Positions 1-9,704 of a DNA stretch of 64,000 nt are shown in pieces (the stretch's first letter is position 1; each line of letters begins with the position of its first letter). The notes under the pieces are model-generated. The model saw nothing but the letters and a program-made list of their open reading frames with translations, made no database searches and was not told the DNA's origin. Origin of the DNA: a virus (Duplodnaviria > Caudoviricetes); the IMG/VR virus record IMGVR_UViG_3300014204_000010, positions 25,374 through 89,373 of that record. One strand, 5' to 3'. A program made the translations under genes and the position numbers.

Positions 1-29
1 AGAAGGTTAAGGTAGGAGATCACACACCC

Positions 30-221
30 TTGACAGTTTCCATAATGGACTATAGTGCCCGGAAGAAAAATCCTGAAGGTCCTGGTTGGGTAAGACTTCG
101 CATACTGAAGACTTTTCCGAATTTAAAGGAAGCCCAGAAGGCTGCCTTAGAAGTCCTGAGTCTTCATCCTAATCTTTGGCCTACTGCAATTCGGGAGAAG
201 GTAGGGAAGGGAGAGCGATGA
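30..221 (+). CDS. hypothetical protein
   Basis: 63-aa ORF (TTG start); its stop overlaps the next ATG (ATGA at 218-221). Confidence 0.4.
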   Translation: MTVSIMDYSARKKNPEGPGWVRLRILKTFPNLKEAQKAALEVLSLHPNLWPTAIREKVGKGER

Positions 222-604
222 GCATCCTAGACGAAATCAATCAAGAGTGGAAACGGGTTGTAACTGAAATTAAAGAAGAACAGACGTACAGGTTGAAACG
301 GAAAGAGATATTATTTAAGCAGTTGCAGAAAAAGCATAAACAAGGTAACAATACCTTTTATTTGGGCAGGGATGATTTTTATTATTATGAAAAACTCTTA
401 GGTGGGAGTTGTCAGAATGAGGAAGTTCAATGCCCGTTTTGCTTAGGAAAAGAAAAAATCCGGCAAATCAATACAGACATCACTCAGTATTTTGAAAATA
501 AGGTCAAATGTCCATTGTGTAATGGTTATGGTACAGTATTCTTTATTTTTGGATATAAGTATCAGGAAATTAGTAACGATGATAGCGATTACCAGAGGTG
601 GTGA
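218..604 (+). CDS. hypothetical protein with two CxxC motifs (possible Zn finger)
   Basis: ATG at 218 after GGAAGGGAG; CPFCLG and CPLCNG motifs. Confidence 0.6.
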   Translation: MSILDEINQEWKRVVTEIKEEQTYRLKRKEILFKQLQKKHKQGNNTFYLGRDDFYYYEKLLGGSCQNEEVQCPFCLGKEKIRQINTDITQYFENKVKCPLCNGYGTVFFIFGYKYQEISNDDSDYQRW

Positions 605-837
605 AACGAAACGGGAGAAGGTGGATGATTAAGTGGAAGGAACGTCTAAAGATCAGTCCAGTATTTATTCCCCAAAATCTTTGGATTGGGGGAACTTGGG
701 ATAAAAGTTCCATTAAAATAATGTTCCTTTCCTTAGGTGTTATTATCCATATACATAGAGTTAAACCAGTAGTTCGTTCTGATGGAGGAGAAGCTTGCTT
801 CTGCACTACCTGCGGAAAATACTTCGGATTAGATTAG
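598..837 (+). CDS. hypothetical protein, C-terminal CxxC
   Basis: 79-aa ORF overlapping the previous stop; CTTCGK near the C-terminus. Confidence 0.5.
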   Translation: MVKRNGRRWMIKWKERLKISPVFIPQNLWIGGTWDKSSIKIMFLSLGVIIHIHRVKPVVRSDGGEACFCTTCGKYFGLD

Positions 838-870
838 AACGGAGTACACATTAAAACAAAGGAGGAGTGA

Positions 871-1800
871 ATGCCATTACAACTGAAGTACCGACCCTCA
901 GACTTTACAGAAATGATAGGTAACAAGGCCATTTTAACCAGTCTCGAAAGCATCTTTGCCAGAGAGTTTGACTTCCCCCATGCTTGGTTGTTTTACGGAC
1001 CTAAGGGTTGTGGGAAGACTACATTGGCAAGAATTGTTGCCCACAAGTTAAAGTGTAGTGTTGATGACCTTTATGAGTATAACATGGCTAATCTTAAAGG
1101 TATTGACACTGTTCGGGACATCCTGGAAAACGCTGTGTATGCTCCGATCTCAAGTCCCGTTAAGTTCTACATCTTGGATGAAGTACACGAACAAATCAAA
1201 GGTGCCCAGGATGCTCTTCTCAAGATTCTGGAAGAACCTCCTCAGCATGTGTATTTTGCCCTCTGTACAACAAATCCGGAGAAGCTACAAGGGGCAGTCC
1301 GAAGCCGTTGTATGCCATTCTTAGTAAAGACCCTTCTATCTACGGAAATGAAGATGTTACTTGACGGAGTTCTTACCAGAGAAGGTCTACCGGATTACCC
1401 AATAGCAGTCATTAGGGAGATAATTCGTATTGCCGAAGGTATCCCCCGAGATGCTCTGGTGGCCCTTGATTCTGTCATTGACATTCAGAATGAGGAGATG
1501 GCTATTCAAGTCCTGCAAAACATTTCTATCGGGGAAGCAGACCTAGCCGATATTTGTAAAGAGCTGATGGACGGTACCACTTGGGAGGCTATCCGAAAAA
1601 GAGTAAGCACCTTGGCATCAAACATTAATGATGCAGAGAAAATACGGAGGGGTGCTATGGGATGGTTTTCCAAAGTGCTTCTTAACTCAAAAACAAACGA
1701 TAGGGTATCCATGATTCTTCAGATTATGGAAGATAATACTTATGATGGAGGAATACCCAAACTAATCAACATGTTTTACATGGCTACAAAAATAAGATAA
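871..1800 (+). CDS. clamp loader AAA+ ATPase (DNA polymerase III gamma/tau, DnaX-like)
   Basis: N-terminal KYRP, Walker A GPKGCGKTT, Walker B ILDEVH, LLKILEEPP and SRC motifs; SD GGAGGAG. Confidence 0.9.
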   Translation: MPLQLKYRPSDFTEMIGNKAILTSLESIFAREFDFPHAWLFYGPKGCGKTTLARIVAHKLKCSVDDLYEYNMANLKGIDTVRDILENAVYAPISSPVKFYILDEVHEQIKGAQDALLKILEEPPQHVYFALCTTNPEKLQGAVRSRCMPFLVKTLLSTEMKMLLDGVLTREGLPDYPIAVIREIIRIAEGIPRDALVALDSVIDIQNEEMAIQVLQNISIGEADLADICKELMDGTTWEAIRKRVSTLASNINDAEKIRRGAMGWFSKVLLNSKTNDRVSMILQIMEDNTYDGGIPKLINMFYMATKIR

Positions 1801-1810
1801 GGAGGAGGTT

Positions 1811-2518
1811 ATGTCCATAAAAGATGATTTCCTGAAGCACTACAAAGAGATGATTTTACCGAATAAACCGGGTGCAGACAAACTCCTGGAGCACTTGCAA
1901 AAGAGGGATTTCTTCACAGCCCCAGCGTCCACAAAGTTCCACAGTAACTACCGAGGAGGACTGGTAGAACATTCCGTCCTGGTGTATGAAACCCTTAAGT
2001 TTGTTATGGAAGGATTTGCACCGACTACTTATATTGAAAGACCGGAGATGAAAGTCTCTATGGCAGTAGTCGGTTTACTCCATGACATTTGCAAGATGGA
2101 AACTTACTTAGAGGATAAAGAAGCTGCGACAACCCCACAAAAAGAAGCTATTGCCAGATACGGGCTTAAGGTTCCACAAGATCAGATGACGAAAGCATAC
2201 GCAAGTAAGCTTATTGAGTGGTGCAAGGGTGGAAAGACTGGAGCTAAACCGGAGTTCCGGGAGTTCTACCGTGTGGAAGAAGTGTTTCCTTACGGACACG
2301 GGGAGAAGTCAGTCTTTATCCTTCAACAGTATATTAAACTTACGGAGGAAGAGGCATTAGCTATAAGATGGCATATGGGGGGATTCGACCCCGGTATCCA
2401 CTTCGGGTATCCTTCAGGGATGGCATACAAGCAAGCCGTGAAGGATAACAAGCTTCTGGCTGCAATCATTGCGGCTGATCACATAGCAACTTATCTTGTG
2501 GAGTTGTGGAAAGATTAA
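1811..2518 (+). CDS. HD-domain phosphohydrolase
   Basis: FFTAPASTKFH...GGLVEHS...LLHDICK...IRWHMG...AAD signature; SD GGAGG. Confidence 0.85.
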   Translation: MSIKDDFLKHYKEMILPNKPGADKLLEHLQKRDFFTAPASTKFHSNYRGGLVEHSVLVYETLKFVMEGFAPTTYIERPEMKVSMAVVGLLHDICKMETYLEDKEAATTPQKEAIARYGLKVPQDQMTKAYASKLIEWCKGGKTGAKPEFREFYRVEEVFPYGHGEKSVFILQQYIKLTEEEALAIRWHMGGFDPGIHFGYPSGMAYKQAVKDNKLLAAIIAADHIATYLVELWKD

Positions 2519-2546
2519 GGATTGCCAACGGACGATTTTAAAGATG

Positions 2547-2555
2547 TGATATAAT
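2547..2555 (+). promoter_or_regulatory. extended -10 sigma70-type promoter (TGaTATAAT)
   Basis: Exact TGnTATAAT in the intergenic gap before the UvsY/SSB/RecA genes; no good -35 at 17 bp. Confidence 0.5.
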
Positions 2556-2579
2556 AAAAGAAAAAAGCTTGAAAGTGAA

Positions 2580-3170
2580 TTGCTTATGCCAGACGACAAA
2601 GATTTACCGGGAGATGAAGAATTTGAGGAACTGGGAGACGAAGAGGACAAGAACTTCCCTCTCAAAAAACATATTGATGTCTATGAATTGGATCGGTGTG
2701 CAGTCGAACAAGTAGACTTATACCACATATGGGGAGAGCGTTTAGCCCGAGCCGAAAGAACCAAACAGTCCTGTATAGAAGAACTTGCTTATGAGAAGGC
2801 AAAACTTTCGGTAAAAATCAGAGAAGACCCCGAGAAATACGGGTGGGACCTCGAAAAAGAACCTACTGAACCTTGGGTAAAAGAACAGATTATTCTGGAT
2901 GACAATATTCGGGCTTTAGCAAAAAATGTCATTCAGGCTACATACCAATATAATATGATCAATAATGCAAGAAAGGAGGTACTAGAACACAGAAGAAAAA
3001 GTCTGGATATTCTTACTGAGCTTTACAAAGGTGATTATTGGGGAGGTAGATCGAAATGGTCACCTGCTGCTGACATTGCCCGGGAGAATGGTAAAAGGGA
3101 ACAAACGGAAATGTTGAATGCAGACCCCGACTTGAAACAGCGTTTAACAAAGAAAGGGCAACCAGAATGA
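2580..3170 (+). CDS. putative recombination mediator (UvsY-like)
   Basis: Helical 196-aa protein directly upstream of the SSB and RecA-like genes; the call relies mainly on synteny. Confidence 0.45.
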   Translation: MLMPDDKDLPGDEEFEELGDEEDKNFPLKKHIDVYELDRCAVEQVDLYHIWGERLARAERTKQSCIEELAYEKAKLSVKIREDPEKYGWDLEKEPTEPWVKEQIILDDNIRALAKNVIQATYQYNMINNARKEVLEHRRKSLDILTELYKGDYWGGRSKWSPAADIARENGKREQTEMLNADPDLKQRLTKKGQPE

Positions 3171-3302
3171 TACAAGAATCCTTTAAAATCCTTGTCGGAT
3201 TTCTCTTTATCTTGGTTGCCTGGTGGGCTCTACTGAGAGTAGGATCCACCGCAGTATTTCACACATGGTTTAGACTAAAAAAGTATTATGAAGGAGGTAG
3301 TA

Positions 3303-4517
3303 ATGGGATTAACGGCAGAACAAAGAAGGGCACTCTATGATCAGGAGTTACCTCAAAGGCAAGAAGAAAGCTATGCAAGAAAGGACGAGAAAGGTCGTTA
3401 TAGATCAGTCTTTAAGACAGAAGAAAAAGCCGGCATCTCTTTCTGGGGAGCAAAAGACGGCGATCACAGAACAAGAATTATCCCGTATATCGTCGGGGAG
3501 AACAATCCCCAAAATCTAAAACCTGGACAGGTTGCTTTTATATGTGAGATATTTACCCACAGACAAATCGGTATAAATGAGGATTCGATCCTCTGTCCTA
3601 ATCTCACTTTTCGGAAACCTTGCCCCATATGTCAGCATCAAGCAGACCTCAAACGGCGCCAAGGTGAGGGAGAAGACATTCCTAAAGAGGAAATTTCCAA
3701 ACTTAATGCTTCCCGTAGAGCCATCTATAACATAGTTTGTTACGATGACACTTCCCAGGAAGCAAAGGGAGTCCAGGTTTGGGAAGTCTCTTATGTTCTC
3801 TTCTCAGAAGAAGTGGAGAATCTGGCAAATAAGAAGCGTACCGGTGGAAAAATTCTTTATGCACACCACAATCAGGGTTGCATTATTTCCTTCCATAAAC
3901 AAGGGAAGGGAAGAGACACCGAGTTTAGTGCTTTCGAATTTGAGGAAAGATGTCCCATAGATGATAGTTTTCTTGAACAGGCTCACTGTCTGGAAGATTT
4001 GGTTGAGGAACTCACCTACGACGAGATTTACGATATGTACTGGGAGAATGCTTACGAAGCTGCACCGGATTCCCAGGAAGCAGCAGAAGCTACCAGAAAA
4101 CCCAAATTGACGGAAGTTGAAAAGAAACCCGAAGCAATAACAGATAATTCTAAAGCCGAGGCAGAAGCAGCAGCCAAAGCAAAAGCGGAAGCAGAAGCCA
4201 AAGCAAAAGCAGAGGCAGATGCCAAAGCCAAAGCAGAAGCAGCAGCAGCGGCCGAAGCAGCAGCCAAAGCTAAAGCGGAAGCAGAAGCAAAAGAAACTGC
4301 GGCTCTTCAGAAGAAGGAAGAGGACGCCCCAATATTCCCCGCAGATGAATCGGAAGAAGTGGCTTGTCCCTTTGGAGCAGCCTTCGGTGCCGACTTTGAT
4401 CAGTACACGCAATGTGATGATTGCCCGGTTCGGGCAAAGTGCAAGGATAAAAAAGAAGGAAAGAAACCTCCAGTCGAAGAGAAACCTGCTAAGACATTAG
4501 TGAGAAGGAGGGCATAA
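3303..4517 (+). CDS. single-stranded DNA-binding protein (T4 gp32-like) with Ala/Glu/Lys repeat linker and Cys-rich tail
   Basis: H..G....ILCP....KPCPICQ metal-binding motif, RAIYNIV and GVQVWEVS segments; ATG 3303 after AGGAGG; AEAKAK repeats about 4150-4295. Confidence 0.7.
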   Translation: MGLTAEQRRALYDQELPQRQEESYARKDEKGRYRSVFKTEEKAGISFWGAKDGDHRTRIIPYIVGENNPQNLKPGQVAFICEIFTHRQIGINEDSILCPNLTFRKPCPICQHQADLKRRQGEGEDIPKEEISKLNASRRAIYNIVCYDDTSQEAKGVQVWEVSYVLFSEEVENLANKKRTGGKILYAHHNQGCIISFHKQGKGRDTEFSAFEFEERCPIDDSFLEQAHCLEDLVEELTYDEIYDMYWENAYEAAPDSQEAAEATRKPKLTEVEKKPEAITDNSKAEAEAAAKAKAEAEAKAKAEADAKAKAEAAAAAEAAAKAKAEAEAKETAALQKKEEDAPIFPADESEEVACPFGAAFGADFDQYTQCDDCPVRAKCKDKKEGKKPPVEEKPAKTLVRRRA

Positions 4518-4523
4518 ATCCTA

Positions 4524-5621
4524 ATGGGCTTGATCAAGAAAAGACCAGATGATCAGCCAGGGTCAACCAACGAGGACATACTCCGCGAACAAGCGGGGTA
4601 TGTCCAAGAGGTTGAGAAGGCTATAGCGGAACCCACCGACAATGAAATTGTTTCTTTACTGAACCGCAGAGTAGAAGTCAAGCAGGTTATCTCTACAGGA
4701 TCCACTTTGTTAGATTTGAGTATTTGCGGAGAAGTGATTAGGGGCGGGGGCATCCCCGGTGGGTTATTAGTCGAAATTTACGGGAGAGCAGGGTTGGGTA
4801 AAACTGCCATCCTATCAGAAATATGTGCCTCCGCCCAGAGCAATGGGGGTAAGGTCCGTTTTACCGATCCTGAAGCCCGTCTTAACAAGGAGTACACCCG
4901 GATTTATGGAGTTGACTTATCCAAAAAGTTTGAGTATTACCGACCAGACACCGTAAAGGAACTGTTCAATGATTATTTGACCCCTTGGGAAACAAATACC
5001 GATAGTATAAATGTCTTTGCTTCGGATTCCATAGCAGCTTTATCCACTGAAATGGAGATGGAAGAGGAAGACAAACGTGGTCAGCAGCGGGCTAAAGACT
5101 TCTCCCAAGGATTGAGGAAGAATGCCAGAAGCATCGTTGACAAGAATATCCTGATGATCTTTACCAACCAGGTAAGAGCAGGGGAGAGAGGTGACATCAC
5201 CCCAGGAGGGATGGGTATACCGTTCTATGCTTCCATCCGATTAGCAGTAAAACAACCAATGTTAGACCATTTTGTAAAGAAGAGTAAAAACATAGGAGGA
5301 TCAAAGCGAGAGGAAACCATCGGAATAAAGAGTGAAATAACCGTAGTTAAAAACTCCGTAGGAATCTCCTATAGGAAATGCCCCATCTACATCATGAATA
5401 ATTACGGTGTGGACGATCTTCGGGCAAATCTTCAGTACTACAAGGAGATGATGGGGCAAAAATCCTATGATGTCATTGACAGAACCTATATCTCCATAAT
5501 TGATGCCATTCATTACATAGAAGATCACAACCTGGAAGAGAAATTAAGAGAACGGACTATTGATACTTGGGAAATGATTTTTCGGGAGTTCCAGGAAGTT
5601 AGAAAACCCAAAAAACGCTAA
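4524..5621 (+). CDS. recA: RecA/UvsX-like recombinase
   Basis: ISTGSTLLDL, VEIYGRAGLGKT (Walker A), DPEARL, DSIAAL, IFTNQVR, TPGGMGIPFYASIRL, VVKN motifs. Confidence 0.92.
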   Translation: MGLIKKRPDDQPGSTNEDILREQAGYVQEVEKAIAEPTDNEIVSLLNRRVEVKQVISTGSTLLDLSICGEVIRGGGIPGGLLVEIYGRAGLGKTAILSEICASAQSNGGKVRFTDPEARLNKEYTRIYGVDLSKKFEYYRPDTVKELFNDYLTPWETNTDSINVFASDSIAALSTEMEMEEEDKRGQQRAKDFSQGLRKNARSIVDKNILMIFTNQVRAGERGDITPGGMGIPFYASIRLAVKQPMLDHFVKKSKNIGGSKREETIGIKSEITVVKNSVGISYRKCPIYIMNNYGVDDLRANLQYYKEMMGQKSYDVIDRTYISIIDAIHYIEDHNLEEKLRERTIDTWEMIFREFQEVRKPKKR

Positions 5622-5634
5622 GAAAGGAAAGAAC

Positions 5635-5964
5635 GTGGAATACATCATCGTCAGTATTAAACAGTACATGGTGATTGGTAAACTGGAAAAGGAAATAGTA
5701 GATGGTATTCCCACAGGGAATTTTATATTAATTAGCCCTGCCATTGTCCAACAGTCTAACCCAACAACGGACACCCATCAGTTCCTTCTTTTTCCCGGGT
5801 TACCGAAAGTCATACACTTGTCCAAAGGGTTTATGGAACAGACATTTTGGTATGATGTTTCACCCGGAGGTCTTCGGAACTCGTACATCGAAGTAACCTC
5901 TTCCCTGAAGATAACCAATAAAATGCCTCAACCACTTCCTTTCGGGGGAGGTAAACGTCAATGA
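5635..5964 (+). CDS. hypothetical protein
   Basis: 109-aa ORF tightly packed between recA and the exonuclease gene. Confidence 0.65.
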   Translation: MEYIIVSIKQYMVIGKLEKEIVDGIPTGNFILISPAIVQQSNPTTDTHQFLLFPGLPKVIHLSKGFMEQTFWYDVSPGGLRNSYIEVTSSLKITNKMPQPLPFGGGKRQ

Positions 5965-6812
5965 AAATGCTCCTTGACTGCAATATGATTTGCCATATGG
6001 CAAAACACACAACCGGAGATTTAACCTACAGTGAATTGAAAACGGGAGTGATCTTCGGTTTCCTGTGGCAACTTCTTTCTTTGGCAAAGGTATTGCAGAG
6101 TAGGGAGTTTTGCTTCATCTGGGATTCTCCGGAATCCCTTCGCACTAATTTATTTCCTGATTATAAGAAGAACCGAATACAAAAAGAAAAGACCGACGAA
6201 GAGAGAGAAAGGGATGCCATAGCCTTTTCTCAATTCAGTACCATAAGAAAGGATATCCTACCCGCAATAGGGTTTAAGAATATATATAGTCAGAGAGGAT
6301 ACGAAGGAGATGATATAATAGCCAGCATTGTCCAGCATGACCTTGGACCATTCATAATAGTGTCCTCAGACAACGATCTTTACCAACTTTTGAGGGAAGA
6401 GGTCAGTATGTATTCCCTCAAAACAAAGAGTTTTTTTGGAGTAGTGGATTTCCGCAAGGAGTATAGTATTAAACCTCATAGATGGGCTAGAGTAAAAGCC
6501 ATAATGGGATGCAAGACAGACGGGGTGCCAGGAGTACCGGGAATCGGTGTATCTAATGCCGTGAAGTTTGTAGACGGAGTACTTCCCCCGGCATCGAAAG
6601 CTTACCACAGTATAAAGTCGAACAAAGAAATAATAGAACGCAATCAAGTGTTGGTGACCCTACCTTTCCCGGGAGTAGATACATTTTTTATTCAGGAGGA
6701 TGACAACCTCTCTTTGGAAGGGTTCATGTATGTGTGTCAGAAGTATGGATTTCATTCATTTCTTAAATCAGAGGGATTGGATCAATGGATAAGAATTTTT
6801 GGACTGAAGTAG
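5961..6812 (+). CDS. 5'-3' exonuclease / phage RNase H (PIN/FEN family)
   Basis: LLDCN, WDS, YKKNR, GYEGDDIIAS, SSDNDLYQL, IMGCKTDGVPGVPGIG (H3TH) motifs. Confidence 0.9.
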   Translation: MKMLLDCNMICHMAKHTTGDLTYSELKTGVIFGFLWQLLSLAKVLQSREFCFIWDSPESLRTNLFPDYKKNRIQKEKTDEERERDAIAFSQFSTIRKDILPAIGFKNIYSQRGYEGDDIIASIVQHDLGPFIIVSSDNDLYQLLREEVSMYSLKTKSFFGVVDFRKEYSIKPHRWARVKAIMGCKTDGVPGVPGIGVSNAVKFVDGVLPPASKAYHSIKSNKEIIERNQVLVTLPFPGVDTFFIQEDDNLSLEGFMYVCQKYGFHSFLKSEGLDQWIRIFGLK

Positions 6813-6958
6813 GGAAACCTCTAAGGGAACTTGTGACCGATCTGGAGAAGCATCTCAGCAATGATAAGTTGGATCGGGTACGCAGGAATGCAGCAAAGAA
6901 GACCATGGAAAAAATCAAAAAGAATCTTGATAAATCCGAAGAGATTTACAAGATTTAA
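6785..6958 (+). CDS. small hypothetical protein (57 aa, not in ORF track)
   Basis: MDKNFWTEVGKPLRELV...EEIYKI*; GAGGGA upstream; fills the gap before the resolvase gene. Confidence 0.55.
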   Translation: MDKNFWTEVGKPLRELVTDLEKHLSNDKLDRVRRNAAKKTMEKIKKNLDKSEEIYKI

Positions 6959-6969
6959 GGAGTGATCTG

Positions 6970-7569
6970 ATGAATCCCAAGAGACACGGTAATAGTTTTG
7001 AGTGGGAAGTTTGCGGAAGTTTCTCCCGATTCTGGAGTAAAGGTGCTCGTGGTGATCTTTTCGGAAGAACAGATTCTTCGGGTGGTCGGGCTACGACGAG
7101 AGCTAAAACGGGACAGGAGACCGAGGGTCAGTTCGGGGATATGTGTGCCACAGCCGATGAAGGAAAGATCGTTGAAAGAAACTGGCATGTGGAGCTGAAA
7201 ACAGGTTATTCCCAGAAGAGAAAACAAGCATTGGATAAGAGGAAAGTCCTCACCAATTGGTGCATTCTTGACCTAATCGACACAACACAGAAATTAACTG
7301 TATTTGAGGAGTTCTGGCTGCAATGTTTGGAAGGAGCTAACCATACAGGAAGGGAACCAATCCTAGTATTTAGGAGAACCCGTCTACAGAAATGTATTGC
7401 CTTTGAATACGATTATTTCTCCTACCTGATGGACTACTTCGGTAATCCGCCTATCGAGACTCCTCTTATTCACATAGAAACCCTTGACTATAGCATAGTT
7501 ATTATGCTTTTGACCAACTTCTTTACCTGGTTGGAGCCCAGTGAATTGCTATTCAGGAGGAAGCAATGA
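6970..7569 (+). CDS. Holliday junction resolvase (Hjc-like PD-(D/E)xK nuclease)
   Basis: HGNSFEWEV, SGG, GD and VELK motifs; located in the recombination cluster. Confidence 0.7.
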   Translation: MNPKRHGNSFEWEVCGSFSRFWSKGARGDLFGRTDSSGGRATTRAKTGQETEGQFGDMCATADEGKIVERNWHVELKTGYSQKRKQALDKRKVLTNWCILDLIDTTQKLTVFEEFWLQCLEGANHTGREPILVFRRTRLQKCIAFEYDYFSYLMDYFGNPPIETPLIHIETLDYSIVIMLLTNFFTWLEPSELLFRRKQ

Positions 7570-8663
7570 TTAAGTTCCTGGAGTTTGAATTTTTTCAACC
7601 TTATTCTTACGGTTGCCTAGAGCTTTCCCCCGGAGTGAATGTCATAATAGCTCCGTCTGATAAAGGAAAGACTTCTATTCAACGTGGAGTTGAATGGGTA
7701 AGAACAAATAGACCATTGGGAGATGTCTACAATTCTTGGCATGCTCCCGAAGGAGCCCATACAAGCTTCTCAATCTGCAAGACAGATGGAAGTCTAGTGG
7801 GTAAATCACGATTGAAAGGAACAACCAGATACTTCGTAACTAAGGATGACAAAGAGCTGGAGTTCCAAGAAGCTGTAGCCAGAGATGTCCCGTCTGAAGT
7901 AACAGAAGTCCTGAATCTCTCGGATATTAATGTTCAGGAGCAGGAAGCTCCCTACTTCCTCATTCAAAACTCGTCTCCCGGTGAAGTAGCAAAGCTGTTC
8001 AACGGTTTGATGGGTTGGAATATCATAGACCGACTGTTTAAGAATCTGGACGGGAAGATAAGAGCAACCAGGGAATCGGAGAAGTCTACAGAAAAGCTCT
8101 TGAAACAGAGTCAAGCCGAATTCAAAGGGTACGCATATTTAGACGAGTTCCAGCGAAGATTTGATATAGTGCAAGCAAGAAGTCGTCTTTATAAAAATAA
8201 CATGGGCACCATCAGCTCAGTACGCTCAATCCTTGTGGCAATAAGCATTGTAAATGAAGATATTGACAAACTCAAAAAGAAAACCAAGCTTGAAAGCAGA
8301 ATCCTAACTCTTATGGAGAAGGTAGAGATTTTCCAGAACAAAAATACGAAGAAGGAAAAGCTCACGGTTCTGGTTTCTGACATCAAAGAAACTGAAGAGA
8401 TTCTGGAAGCAAAAGAAATAATTGAGGAATTGGACAACAGACTTATCCAACTTACCAGTAAGATCGCGGATCGAGAGAAGATCCAGAATAACATCAGAAA
8501 CCTACAGTCTTTGGTAGTGAGCATAAAGCTGGCTGAGAAGTCTGTCGGAGAAAAGACCAAAATATATGAAAACCAAAAGAAACTATTGGAATCAAAAGTG
8601 AAGGAGTATAAAGTTTGTCCCTTCTGTGGACAACCTATTAAGGAAGATTTTCACTTATGCTAA
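7566..8663 (+). CDS. SbcC/Rad50/gp46-like ATPase, N-terminal half
   Basis: GVNVIIAPSDKGKTS Walker A, Q-loop region, coiled coil, ends just after a CPFCGQ zinc hook; no Walker B. Confidence 0.8.
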   Translation: MIKFLEFEFFQPYSYGCLELSPGVNVIIAPSDKGKTSIQRGVEWVRTNRPLGDVYNSWHAPEGAHTSFSICKTDGSLVGKSRLKGTTRYFVTKDDKELEFQEAVARDVPSEVTEVLNLSDINVQEQEAPYFLIQNSSPGEVAKLFNGLMGWNIIDRLFKNLDGKIRATRESEKSTEKLLKQSQAEFKGYAYLDEFQRRFDIVQARSRLYKNNMGTISSVRSILVAISIVNEDIDKLKKKTKLESRILTLMEKVEIFQNKNTKKEKLTVLVSDIKETEEILEAKEIIEELDNRLIQLTSKIADREKIQNNIRNLQSLVVSIKLAEKSVGEKTKIYENQKKLLESKVKEYKVCPFCGQPIKEDFHLC

Positions 8664-8666
8664 GAT

Positions 8667-8747
8667 TCGGGCTAACCCTTAAACCTCTCGGGGGTTAGTT
8701 CGATCAGGGGAGAGCGGGAAAGAAACCCCCTCGGTCCCGCTCTCCTC
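8667..8747 (+). promoter_or_regulatory. tandem intergenic stem-loops with related loop sequences
   Basis: Stems 8667-8678/8692-8703 and 8707-8719/8735-8747; loops contain AAACCTCTCGG and AAACCCCCTCGG. Confidence 0.5.
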
Positions 8748-8762
8748 ATTAATTAAAAGGAA

Positions 8763-9704
8763 ATGACTATGCTACTTAATACAGGTGACTGGCACATAAC
8801 AGATCAGACACCGGAGAAAAGAACGGATCCAGACTTTTTTGCTACTGTATTGGAGAAAGTAGACTTCCTTCTAAATACGGCTCACAAAGCAAATGCCATC
8901 ATAGTCCAACCAGGAGACTTCTTCGATACAGCTCTAACTCCTTATGATGTCTTTGGTGAGGTATTGAGTCTTATCCGTTCTTATCCAAGTGTGAAGATAC
9001 TAACTGTTCCGGGTCAGCATGACCTTCGTTACCGGCGGGAAAAGAAGATTCCGCTACTGGCTCTTAACCAAGCTTTCCCTGATAGAATCATTATTCTCCG
9101 GGAAACTCCTCATATCATAGGAGATATTGCTTTTTATGGAGCAGGTTTTAATCGGCCCGTACCCCCGATCGTCAATGGAGATCACACTATTAACGTACTT
9201 GTCACCCACCGAATGATCATAAACAATAAGAAGCTTTATCCGTCTCAGGGAAATTACGAAGTGGCTCATAGGTTTCTCCAAGATAATCCCTTTGATCTGA
9301 TCGTGTCTGGAGACAATCATGAAGGATTTATTGTACGGGATAAGGATAAAGTTCTCTTTAATATGGGAAGTTTGGTTCGGACAAGAACAGATCAGATGGA
9401 ACATAAGCCCAGGGCAGTCTTGATGGATCCTCTCTCCGAAGCGAGATGGACTATTATTGATGTACCCATCGAGCCAGCTGAAGACGTATTTGATGCCCGA
9501 AAGATCGAAAAGACCCAGGTAAAAAATGAATTGCTGGAAGAGTACTATGAAAAAGTTAAGGCTATGAGGGATAGAACAACCAACAAAGAAGATCGGTTGT
9601 TTGATTACACAATTATCCTCACCGCTTACATGAAGAACCCAGTAAACGATGTAAGTATAGATGTACAAAAAGAATTGACGGAGGCTTTGGAAGAAAATGA
9701 ATGA
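8763..9704 (+). CDS. SbcD/Mre11/gp47-like metallophosphoesterase nuclease
   Basis: GDWH, GDFFD, GQHD, VTH and SGDNH motifs, plus GSLVR. Confidence 0.88.
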   Translation: MTMLLNTGDWHITDQTPEKRTDPDFFATVLEKVDFLLNTAHKANAIIVQPGDFFDTALTPYDVFGEVLSLIRSYPSVKILTVPGQHDLRYRREKKIPLLALNQAFPDRIIILRETPHIIGDIAFYGAGFNRPVPPIVNGDHTINVLVTHRMIINNKKLYPSQGNYEVAHRFLQDNPFDLIVSGDNHEGFIVRDKDKVLFNMGSLVRTRTDQMEHKPRAVLMDPLSEARWTIIDVPIEPAEDVFDARKIEKTQVKNELLEEYYEKVKAMRDRTTNKEDRLFDYTIILTAYMKNPVNDVSIDVQKELTEALEENE

